Shown piece after piece: positions 8,588-15,248 of a stretch of DNA of 32,000 nucleotides (the stretch's first letter is position 1; every line of letters begins with the position of its first letter). Under the pieces are notes generated by a model that was not told the origin of the DNA, searched no databases, and saw only the letters and a program-made list of their open reading frames with translations. The stretch is taken from assembly GCA_003858585.1 (NCBI GenBank), contig RQZE01000006.1:96823-128822 (forward strand), given 5' to 3'. The translations under genes and the position numbers were made by a program. This DNA is from Erysipelotrichaceae bacterium OH741_COT-311. GTDB lineage: Bacteria; Bacillota_I; Bacilli_A; Erysipelotrichales; Erysipelotrichaceae.

Positions 8588-9109
8588 ATGGGTGGGGTTT
8601 GGCTATTGCTAATATTCTTAACTGTAAGATTTGGTTTGTTTTCTATCATAAAAAAAGAAGCTATACAGCGAGCAGGATATTTTGCTCCAATACAAAAATC
8701 TGAAAAAGTAGCATATTACATCTACCAAGTATCTAATATAGCATTATTAATATGCGTGATGGTATCATCAGTAAAAATTGATTTTTCTCTTCAATTTTAT
8801 TTAGGCTTATCGCTCTTTTTGGTAGGTATATTATTATGTGCAATTTCAGTTGTGTGTTTTGCTTTCCCGAATGATGAGGGGTTAAATACCAATGGTATTT
8901 ATAAATTTTCAAGAAATCCGATGTATGTGGCTTATTTTGTTTGCTTCTTAGGGATGTCTTTATTAATACAGTCATTAATCATGTTGGTAATGGTGTTAAT
9001 CTTCCAGATTTCTGCTCATTGGATTATTGTATCGGAAGAAAGATGGTGTTTAGAAAAGTTCGGAAAAAGCTATGAAGATTATACAAAAAAGGTTCGACGA
9101 TACATTTAA
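8588..9109 (+). CDS. isoprenylcysteine carboxyl methyltransferase (ICMT/PEMT)-like membrane protein, cargo 1
   Basis: Polytopic membrane protein with FSRNPMYVAYFVCFLGMSL and SEERWCLEKFGKSYEDY motifs typical of the ICMT/PEMT-like family. The ATG at 8588 follows GGGAGAGG; the alternative start at 8564 has no RBS. Spot GC 27% (line 8601-8660). Confidence 0.6.
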   Translation: MGGVWLLLIFLTVRFGLFSIIKKEAIQRAGYFAPIQKSEKVAYYIYQVSNIALLICVMVSSVKIDFSLQFYLGLSLFLVGILLCAISVVCFAFPNDEGLNTNGIYKFSRNPMYVAYFVCFLGMSLLIQSLIMLVMVLIFQISAHWIIVSEERWCLEKFGKSYEDYTKKVRRYI

Positions 9110-9156
9110 ACTATCTCCTCGTTTGTTGGAGTGAAGTAAACAAAAGCTATAACATG

Positions 9157-9217
9157 ACAATTCACGAAACAGTAAATTAAATCGGTTTACTGTTTTTTTA
9201 TTGCTCAAAATCAAGAA
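9157..9217 (+). repeat. ~60-nt direct repeat copy A (contains terminator)
   Basis: Hand alignment with 11903-11963 gives ~49/61 identities: ACAATT...GAAACAGTAAAT...GGTTTnCTGTTTTTT..TTGCTCAA. Confidence 0.7.
9167..9199 (+). terminator. rho-independent terminator of cargo slot 1
   Basis: Perfect 10-bp stem AAACAGTAAA / TTTACTGTTT with a 9-nt loop and a T-run. Confidence 0.7.
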
Positions 9218-9232
9218 GAAAGGACAAGGAAA

Positions 9233-9553
9233 ATGAAAAATATAGAAGAAAAGATTTTAATGGCAGAAGAAGAAATCAAGCAGTTACGAAACAAAAGAAA
9301 AAAGCTCATCAGTCAGCAGAAAGAGGAGGAACGAAAAAAGAGAGATAGACGGCTTTATGAAAAAGGAGGAGTATTTGAAAGTATCTTTACTGAAAGCAAA
9401 GAATTAACCAAAGATGAATTTTATCAGCTCATAAGTTCTCTAAATCATAAAGAAGAAATCCGACAAAAAATCAAGAAAATCATAGCTAAGCGAGAAGAAA
9501 ACGAAAACCAAAATATAGAAACACAAGAGGAAGTAACGGACATCGGGGAATAG
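9233..9553 (+). CDS. DUF3847-like coiled-coil protein (relaxase-associated accessory)
   Basis: EEEIKQLRNKRKKLISQQKEEERKKRDRRLYEKGGVFESIF matches the DUF3847 pattern (..ERKARTRRLIERGAILESL..) that I recall upstream of Mob genes in Clostridia. Confidence 0.55.
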   Translation: MKNIEEKILMAEEEIKQLRNKRKKLISQQKEEERKKRDRRLYEKGGVFESIFTESKELTKDEFYQLISSLNHKEEIRQKIKKIIAKREENENQNIETQEEVTDIGE

Positions 9554-9554
9554 T

Positions 9555-9664
9555 CCCTTGTTTACAAGGGTGCACTTATACACCCTAAAGGGTGTGTGCG
9601 TTCTCCGAAGGCTCTTGCAGAGAGCATATCAGCTAAACGCTGATACAGGGGAGCTACACTCCCC
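9555..9664 (+). promoter_or_regulatory. candidate oriT (four hairpins plus MobQ-like nic core)
   Basis: Inverted repeats: CCCTTGT/ACAAGGG (9555-9570), ACACCCT/AGGGTGT (9580-9595), TATCAGC/GCTGATA (9627-9645), GGGGAG/CTCCCC (9648-9664). GTGCGTTCTCC (9596-9606), just 3' of the second repeat, resembles the RSF1010/R1162 nic region GTGCGCCCTCC (from memory). Confidence 0.5.
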
Positions 9665-9794
9665 TACGGAAATAAATTTCCTACCCCTTGTGTACTTCCC
9701 AAAAGAAATCGGATAAAAAGCAATTCGATTTTTTTAGGAAGTCTTATCCATCGCCACATCAAAGTATCAGAACAACGAAAGGGGGTTTTCTCTT

Positions 9795-11255
9795 ATGGCA
9801 ATATATCATCTCAGTATCAAAATTATCTCAAGAGGCAAAGGCAAGAGTGCAGTTGCAGCTTCCGCCTATCGAAGTGGCGAAAAGATAAAAAATGAGTATG
9901 ACGGCATAGTCCATGACTTTACAAGAAAAGGAGGAATCGCCCATACCGAAATTCTATTACCACAAAATGCACCACAGGAGTTTTTGGACAGGGGAACATT
10001 ATGGAATAGCGTGGAGAAAATCGAAAAAAGTAAAAACTCACAGCTTGCAAGAGAAATAGAAATCGCCTTACCCAAAGAATTAAACCGAGAAAAACAGATA
10101 GAACTTGTACGAGAATATGTAAAAGAAAATTTTGTGAAAGTCGGTATGTGTGCCGATATTGCCTTACACGACAAAAATGACAGAAACCCACACGCACATA
10201 TCCTATTAACAATGCGACCGTTAAACGAAGATACAACATGGGGAGCAAAATCAAAAAAAGAATATATCCTTGATGAAAACGGAGAAAAAGTAAAACTCAA
10301 AAATGGCAATTACAAAACCAAAAAAATCAATATAGTCGATTGGAATGAGCAAGAAAAAGCGGAAGAGTGGCGAAAAGCATGGGCAGATATTACCAACAAA
10401 TATTTGGAAGAAAACAATATACAGGAAAAAGTGGATCACCGTTCTTATCAAAGACAAGGAATAGAACAAATACCGACTATTCATTTAGGAGTATCGGCAA
10501 CACAAATGGAAAAGAAAGGCATAGACACAGACAGAGGAAATATCAACAGAGAAATCAGAAAACAGAATAGGCTATTACAGGAAATAAAGTTAAGAATAAA
10601 AGCCTTACTAAATTGGATAAGAGGAATTGGAAAAGAAGAAAAGGCAGAAACTGAAAATATCAAATCAGCCCTCCCATCCAAAGAAAATCTATTGTCAGTT
10701 TTTGAAAATCTTATCCGTAAAAATGCAGATAACCATAATACAGATTTAGAGCAATACATCGAAAGCTATCAATTCTTAAAAGAGAACAATATCATTTCTG
10801 TATCTGAACTGAAAGAAAACATAGTTACTTTAAGAGATAAGAACTACAAGACCACAAGAGCTATTAAAGATACTGAAAAGCAGATTGATGATAGAGTACA
10901 GCTTATCGACCACGCCGAAAAATATTTGAAGCATAAAGACACCTATAAAGCCTATATCAAGCTGAAGAAAAACAAACAAGATATTTTCTACAATGAACAT
11001 ACCGCAGAGATTATTTTATTTGAAAGTGCGAAGAAATATTTGAAAGAACATTTAGGAGAAAGCAAGTCCTTAACTATATCTAAATGGAAATCGGAAGTAA
11101 CCGCCTTGAAGAAAGAAAAAGACAGTCTGTATTCTCAAATCATAGACCTACGGAAAGAAGTGGAACAAGCAGAAAGTGTAAGAAGCTGTATAGAGAAATT
11201 ACAACAAGAAAACAGAGAAATAACACAGGTTAAGAAGCAAGAATTAGACCTGTAA
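9795..11255 (+). CDS. MobA/MobL (MobQ-type) relaxase
   Basis: Canonical N-terminus MAIYHLSIKIISRGKGKSAVAASAYRSGEKI (catalytic Tyr). Histidine triad region HDKNDRNPHAHILLT. Coiled-coil C-terminal half. Confidence 0.9.
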   Translation: MAIYHLSIKIISRGKGKSAVAASAYRSGEKIKNEYDGIVHDFTRKGGIAHTEILLPQNAPQEFLDRGTLWNSVEKIEKSKNSQLAREIEIALPKELNREKQIELVREYVKENFVKVGMCADIALHDKNDRNPHAHILLTMRPLNEDTTWGAKSKKEYILDENGEKVKLKNGNYKTKKINIVDWNEQEKAEEWRKAWADITNKYLEENNIQEKVDHRSYQRQGIEQIPTIHLGVSATQMEKKGIDTDRGNINREIRKQNRLLQEIKLRIKALLNWIRGIGKEEKAETENIKSALPSKENLLSVFENLIRKNADNHNTDLEQYIESYQFLKENNIISVSELKENIVTLRDKNYKTTRAIKDTEKQIDDRVQLIDHAEKYLKHKDTYKAYIKLKKNKQDIFYNEHTAEIILFESAKKYLKEHLGESKSLTISKWKSEVTALKKEKDSLYSQIIDLRKEVEQAESVRSCIEKLQQENREITQVKKQELDL

Positions 11256-11279
11256 AACTAATTGAAAATATGGTATAAT
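11251..11279 (+). promoter_or_regulatory. extended -10 promoter of cargo slot 2
   Basis: TGTAAA - 17 nt - TGgTATAAT (TATAAT at 11274-11279). Same geometry and 12-mer as the promoter at 8495-8523. The downstream leader shares AAACAA(A)TTAGA with slot 1. Confidence 0.5.
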
Positions 11280-11312
11280 ATAACAAACAGCGAGTAAAAC
11301 AAATTAGAAGTT

Positions 11313-11873
11313 GTGGAGGTGAAAATTATAGATACTTCAAAATTCTCATGGAATGAGTTTGAACAAAATTTGTTTCAAGATGGAAAGTGGGAAATACCAT
11401 CAAAGTACAAAATTAAAATAAATGATTCATCAGAGAAAAGATACAAATTAGAGATGATTTTATATAAGATGTCTCACAAATATGTAGCAAGATGGGCATT
11501 AGAAAATGCTCAAGCGTTCTTATCTTTTATAGAGATTGGTGATAAAGAGTTAAAGGAATCAATCATGTGTGAAACAACAGCGGTATTAAATATGCGTATT
11601 GACGGGAAATCAAGTGCGTATAAACTGAGAAACGCTGGATTTTTAGCGAATAAATTAGGACAAATGTCAATTAATGATTTAAGTAAATATTCTGCAAGAG
11701 TATTTGCACAATCCATAGCAACTGGTCATATGAGAGGACATGCTATTGTATCATCTGATTATGCTATTAAAGTTATTAATATTTTATTCCCTAATGATAA
11801 TTTAAAAGTCGAAGAAGAAAGAAATCGGCAAATTGAATTAGCGAATAAAATTATAAAGGAATATGATATTTAA
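11313..11873 (+). CDS. hypothetical helical protein, possibly Imm-5-like putative immunity protein, cargo 2
   Basis: ARVFAQSIATGHMRGHAIVSSDYAIKVI resembles the conserved helix pair (A..HM..HA...A.YA.KA) of a family I recall being annotated as putative immunity protein. The start is ambiguous: GTG 11313 lacks an RBS, while GGAGGTG (11316-11322) is followed only by ATT 11325 or ATA 11328. Spot GC 22%. Confidence 0.4.
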   Translation: MEVKIIDTSKFSWNEFEQNLFQDGKWEIPSKYKIKINDSSEKRYKLEMILYKMSHKYVARWALENAQAFLSFIEIGDKELKESIMCETTAVLNMRIDGKSSAYKLRNAGFLANKLGQMSINDLSKYSARVFAQSIATGHMRGHAIVSSDYAIKVINILFPNDNLKVEEERNRQIELANKIIKEYDI

Positions 11874-11902
11874 ACAACTCCCGGTTTGTCTAATTGAATA
11901 TA

Positions 11903-11963
11903 ACAATTTGAGAAACAGTAAATCAAAAAGGTTTGCTGTTTTTTGTTGCTCAATTTTCAAAAA
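11903..11963 (+). repeat. ~60-nt direct repeat copy B (contains terminator)
   Basis: Pairs with 9157-9217 at ~80% identity by hand alignment. Confidence 0.7.
11913..11944 (+). terminator. rho-independent terminator of cargo slot 2
   Basis: AAACAGTAAA / TTTGCTGTTT stem with one G:U pair, a 9-nt loop and a T-run. Confidence 0.65.
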
Positions 11964-11988
11964 ATCGTCCATAAATATAAACAGGCAC

Positions 11989-11994
11989 TTGACA
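11989..11994 (+). promoter_or_regulatory. -35 half (TTGACA) of the circle-junction promoter
   Basis: Consensus TTGACA lies 10 nt inside the right-end TGGG and faces outward. In the integrated state there is no -10 at proper spacing downstream. Confidence 0.45.
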
Positions 11995-12007
11995 AAACGC
12001 TCTCTGG

Positions 12008-12283
12008 GATAAAGCGCGAGATGAAGATATGTTTGGTTATGCGGAATTGATTTGCATTCATAGTATTTGTAATCAATGGAGAAAAGGCTATGGCACTAAA
12101 TTAATGAGAAAAGTATTAGAGGATATGAAAGCGAAGGGGTATGATAAGGTACTACTTTGGGTATTTAGGGATAATTATCAAGCACGTATGTTTTATGAAA
12201 AACTTGGCTTTTGTACTTTTGGTAAGATGAAAACCTATTTAAATACCGAAGAGATTTGTTATGAGAAAAAGTTAACTCTTTAG
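12008..12283 (+). pseudogene. GNAT acetyltransferase, 3' fragment
   Basis: The frame is open from 11993. From 12008 it reads DKARDEDMFGYAELICIHSICNQWRKGYGTKLMRKVL..., the GNAT motif A (Q/RxxGxG/A) half. It is in frame with 6025..6252 once the element is removed. Confidence 0.8.
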
Positions 12284-12316
12284 CTGAAAATATAGAGATA
12301 AAATTGGAGTCATTGT

Positions 12317-12835
12317 ATGGATGAAGTAAGATTGAAAAAATTACAACGTTATATTGGAAAAAGGTCACAGGGACAAAGTGATGAACAGGTTATGGCACAT
12401 ATTGAAAAAGAAATTGCAAAGTATGGCATTACACCGGAACAGTGGGCGAAATTATTGTTTCCACTTTGTGCCAATGCGGAATATCCCTTTTTTCTTTCAT
12501 TATCTAAAAAAGCCAATTTAGAAGATATGGCAGAAACGTTAATCAGTCATACCGTACGTTTTCGTCAAAACAACATGGAAAAAGAACAGAATCAAGTGGC
12601 TATTGTAAAGCATCTTCTAAGTTATATTCCTGAAAAATGTAAACAGGAAGTGATAGATAGAGCACTTGGAACCTCTGCTTGGTTTGCAGAATATGAATTA
12701 ACAAACTATCTTATCGAATGTGGGGCAAGCCTTCAAATGGTTTCCAATGGTCGCAGTTTATTAGAACTTGCAGAACATGGCAAGAATCAATTTGAAGATG
12801 ATAGAGTGTATAACTACATCAAAGATCGTATGTAG
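12317..12835 (+). CDS. hypothetical protein (C-terminal ankyrin-repeat-like segment)
   Basis: RBS TTGGAG. LTNYLIECGASLQMVSNGRSLLELAEHG loosely resembles an ankyrin repeat. No family assignment. Confidence 0.5.
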   Translation: MDEVRLKKLQRYIGKRSQGQSDEQVMAHIEKEIAKYGITPEQWAKLLFPLCANAEYPFFLSLSKKANLEDMAETLISHTVRFRQNNMEKEQNQVAIVKHLLSYIPEKCKQEVIDRALGTSAWFAEYELTNYLIECGASLQMVSNGRSLLELAEHGKNQFEDDRVYNYIKDRM

Positions 12836-12904
12836 TTGTTTGCTTATTTGACTATTTTGTATATTGGTGTTAGATTAAGGGTTAGTAGGAAGGAGTGATG
12901 ATTT

Positions 12905-12967
12905 ATGGATGAGATACCTAAGTCGATAAATACAATCATTACTTTTATACTACGGCTTAATGAATGA
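12905..12967 (+). CDS. candidate 20-codon leader ORF in the mgtE leader (MDEIPKSINTIITFILRLNE)
   Basis: AGGAAGGAG at 12887-12895, 9 nt before the ATG. The ORF ends 22 nt before the attenuator hairpin. Confidence 0.3.
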   Translation: MDEIPKSINTIITFILRLNE

Positions 12968-12989
12968 TTCCTTAAGTATTTTTAATTGA

Positions 12990-13015
12990 GCTGTCGTATA
13001 AACGATGGCTTTTTT
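12990..13015 (+). terminator. leader terminator/attenuator upstream of mgtE
   Basis: GCTGTCG-TATAAA-CGATGGC stem with two G:U pairs, followed by TTTTTT. The mgtE RBS AAAGGAGG begins immediately after. Confidence 0.5.
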
Positions 13016-13030
13016 AAAGGAGGAATAGGC

Positions 13031-14362
13031 ATGGATATTAAAGAAATAAACGCTTTATTGCATCAAAAGAAATATAAAGAGGTGCATCAATTAACGTTAG
13101 ATAGTAATCCTGTTGACTTGGCTGAATTACTAAATGAACTTGAAAAAGAAGAGCGTGGCTTATGTTTTCGTTTATTGGAAAAAGATAAGGCTGCAGAAGT
13201 TTTTTCGTATATGGATAATGATATAAGAAAGGCATTGTTAAAAACCTTATCCAGTCAAAATGTTGCGGAGTTATTTGAAGAGATGTATGTGGATGATGCG
13301 GTTGATTTTTTAGAAGATATGCCTAGTAATGTTATTACGAATTTATTAGATAACGTGGATATGAAAACACGTAATCAAATCAATCAATTATTGCATTATT
13401 CGAAAGATAGTGCCGGTAGTATTATGACGGTTGAATTTATTGAATTATATCCAACGATGAGTGTAAAACAAGCACTTGATAAAATTCGTCGTGTAGGAAT
13501 AGATAGTGAAACCGTATATACTTGTTACGTGGTTGAAAAGCGTAAGTGTTTAGGGATTGTAACAGCAAAGGACTTAATGATTCATGATCCTGAAACAAAG
13601 ATTGAATCGCTGATGAAGAAAGAATTTATTTATGCTCATACCCATGATGATCGAGAAGACATTGCCAATAAATTGCGTAAATATGGGCTAATCGCGATTC
13701 CTGTATTAGACGCAGAAGGGTGTATTGTGGGTATTGTAACTTTCGATGATGCGATTGATGTCTTAACAGATGAAACAACAGAGGATATGCAAAAGATGGC
13801 AGCGATGATGGCTAATGATAAACCATATCTATCAACAAGTGTCTTGCAACATGCGTATAATCGCATCGGTTGGTTGTTGATTTTAATGTTATCAGCTACC
13901 ATAACCGGAAGTATTATCAGCCGTTATGAACATGCGTTTGAGGTATTACCAATCTTGGTGTCATTTATACCGATGTTGATGGATACCGGAGGAAATTGTG
14001 GATCACAAAGTTCAACCTTAGTTATTCGTGGTTTAGCCATCGATGAAATTAAATTTAAAGATATTTGGAAAGTGCTTTTTAAAGAATTTCGTGTTTCATT
14101 AGTTGTTGGTTGTGCTTTGGCATTGGCAAATGGTTTGCGTATTTTCTTCATTTACAAAGATCTTTCGCTGGCGATTGTAGTGGCAGTTTCATTGATGGCA
14201 ACCATCGTAATTGCGAAAATTATTGGATGTTGCTTACCAATCTTAGCCAAGAAATTAAAGTTGGATCCGGCGATTATGGCTGCACCATTAATTACAACAA
14301 TTGTGGATACTTGTTCTATTATGGTGTACTTTAGTATCGCTACGATTATTTTTAAGATATAA
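13031..14362 (+). CDS. mgtE: magnesium transporter MgtE
   Basis: MgtE N-domain, tandem CBS region and a C-terminal membrane domain with PMLMDTGGNCGSQSSTL. The ATG at 13031 follows AAAGGAGG; the track start at 12986 lies inside the terminator. Confidence 0.9.
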   Translation: MDIKEINALLHQKKYKEVHQLTLDSNPVDLAELLNELEKEERGLCFRLLEKDKAAEVFSYMDNDIRKALLKTLSSQNVAELFEEMYVDDAVDFLEDMPSNVITNLLDNVDMKTRNQINQLLHYSKDSAGSIMTVEFIELYPTMSVKQALDKIRRVGIDSETVYTCYVVEKRKCLGIVTAKDLMIHDPETKIESLMKKEFIYAHTHDDREDIANKLRKYGLIAIPVLDAEGCIVGIVTFDDAIDVLTDETTEDMQKMAAMMANDKPYLSTSVLQHAYNRIGWLLILMLSATITGSIISRYEHAFEVLPILVSFIPMLMDTGGNCGSQSSTLVIRGLAIDEIKFKDIWKVLFKEFRVSLVVGCALALANGLRIFFIYKDLSLAIVVAVSLMATIVIAKIIGCCLPILAKKLKLDPAIMAAPLITTIVDTCSIMVYFSIATIIFKI

Positions 14363-14470
14363 GGAGTGGATAAAATGAAACGAAAAGTAATTATTATGTT
14401 TGTTGTGATTTTAATGATGTTAACCTTAATTTCACCATTATTTAGAATGTAGAATAGATGGTTGTTTTAT

Positions 14471-14746
14471 ATGGCACAGATATTAGTGATTGGGATTATT
14501 TTTTCAGTGGTAATGCTTTTTTTGGCTATATTTAAGTTTAAGCAACATTCTATTGCACTAGAATCAAGACTTGATGAATTTGAAAAGAAGTATAAGCGAA
14601 TGCATGCAGATTATCTTACTAAAGAAGAAATTGAATATTTAAAAGAATTAAAGCAAAATGGACAGACGATACAGGCGATTAAGGAGTTAAGAAATCTAAC
14701 ATTTATGTCTTTGCTTGAAGCAAAAGAATATATAGATTATTTATAA
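14471..14746 (+). CDS. single-pass membrane protein with L7/L12 C-terminal-domain-like tail
   Basis: N-terminal hydrophobic helix. C-terminal GQTIQAIKELRNLTFMSLLEAKEYIDYL resembles KVAVIKAVRxxTGLGLKEAKDLVE of bL12. Confidence 0.5.
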   Translation: MAQILVIGIIFSVVMLFLAIFKFKQHSIALESRLDEFEKKYKRMHADYLTKEEIEYLKELKQNGQTIQAIKELRNLTFMSLLEAKEYIDYL

Positions 14747-15210
14747 GAAAATTTGAGAAGGGAAAAGCCCAAAAACCAGTGATATAATAGAGTTATAAAG
14801 AAGAGATTAATCATGAATCTTATGATTATAACGATATGCATCGTTTTACTTGGTGCTTTTTTCATGTTTTTAGGAGATGTCGTTGTATTAAGGTAAAGAT
14901 GGATTTGATGTTATAAATGCCAAAACTTCTATTATTGAAATCATGAAAAAAGTAGGAACAAAACGTTTATATAGGAGGATTATTAGATTCTTCCTTTTAC
15001 AAGGGGAGCATATAGACTATTGGTATTTATTTGCTTTCTGGTGCTTTGCTTGGGAAAGCGTGTAAGTATTTTGTAAAAAAATTACCACATAAAAACAGAT
15101 TATTATAAACTTTTACCATCCTAGTGCCCAAAGACTGAAACCTGAAGAATTATTTGATCTTTTCTTAGAAATAATAAAGGATATAAAAAAATTAGAAAAT
15201 ATAAAATAAC

Positions 15211-15241
15211 AAAAAAGCCACGTATAACGACATACGTGGCT
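15211..15241 (-). terminator. rho-independent terminator of the antiporter operon
   Basis: Perfect 10-bp stem AGCCACGTAT / ATACGTGGCT. On the minus strand it is followed by TTTTTT and starts 8 nt after the stop codon. Confidence 0.75.
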
Positions 15242-15248
15242 TTCTGTT

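Larger units (their letters stand above)
6253..12007 (+). mobile_element. serine-recombinase integrative mobilisable element / mobilisable transposon (Tn4451-like logic), ~5755 bp
   Basis: Splits a GNAT gene. Deleting 6253..12007 restores one frame. TGGG occurs at both junctions (6250-6253, 12005-12008). Contains a large serine recombinase, TnpW-like ORF, DUF3847, MobQ relaxase and oriT-like hairpins. A backbone spot GC count (43% in line 6361-6420) is higher than host lines counted (20-35%). Confidence 0.8.

Noticed and set aside
9688-9888. 66-aa ORF spanning the oriT region and the relaxase start
   Set aside because: It has no RBS, overlaps the relaxase start in another frame, and runs through hairpin-rich non-coding DNA.
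9866-10759. Four long antisense ORFs (9866..10309, 9919..10254, 10251..10484, 10481..10759, minus strand) and plus-strand ORF 10367..10570 inside the relaxase gene
   Set aside because: They lie entirely within the well-supported MobQ relaxase CDS. They encode low-complexity F/S/L-rich peptides, as expected from the complement of an A/G-rich coding strand, and they have no RBS.
12986-13030. Upstream extension of mgtE (track start 12986) and of the recombinase (track start 6278)
   Set aside because: Both extensions start at non-ATG codons, run through a terminator or an RBS, and strong SD-ATG pairs exist downstream (13031, 6311).
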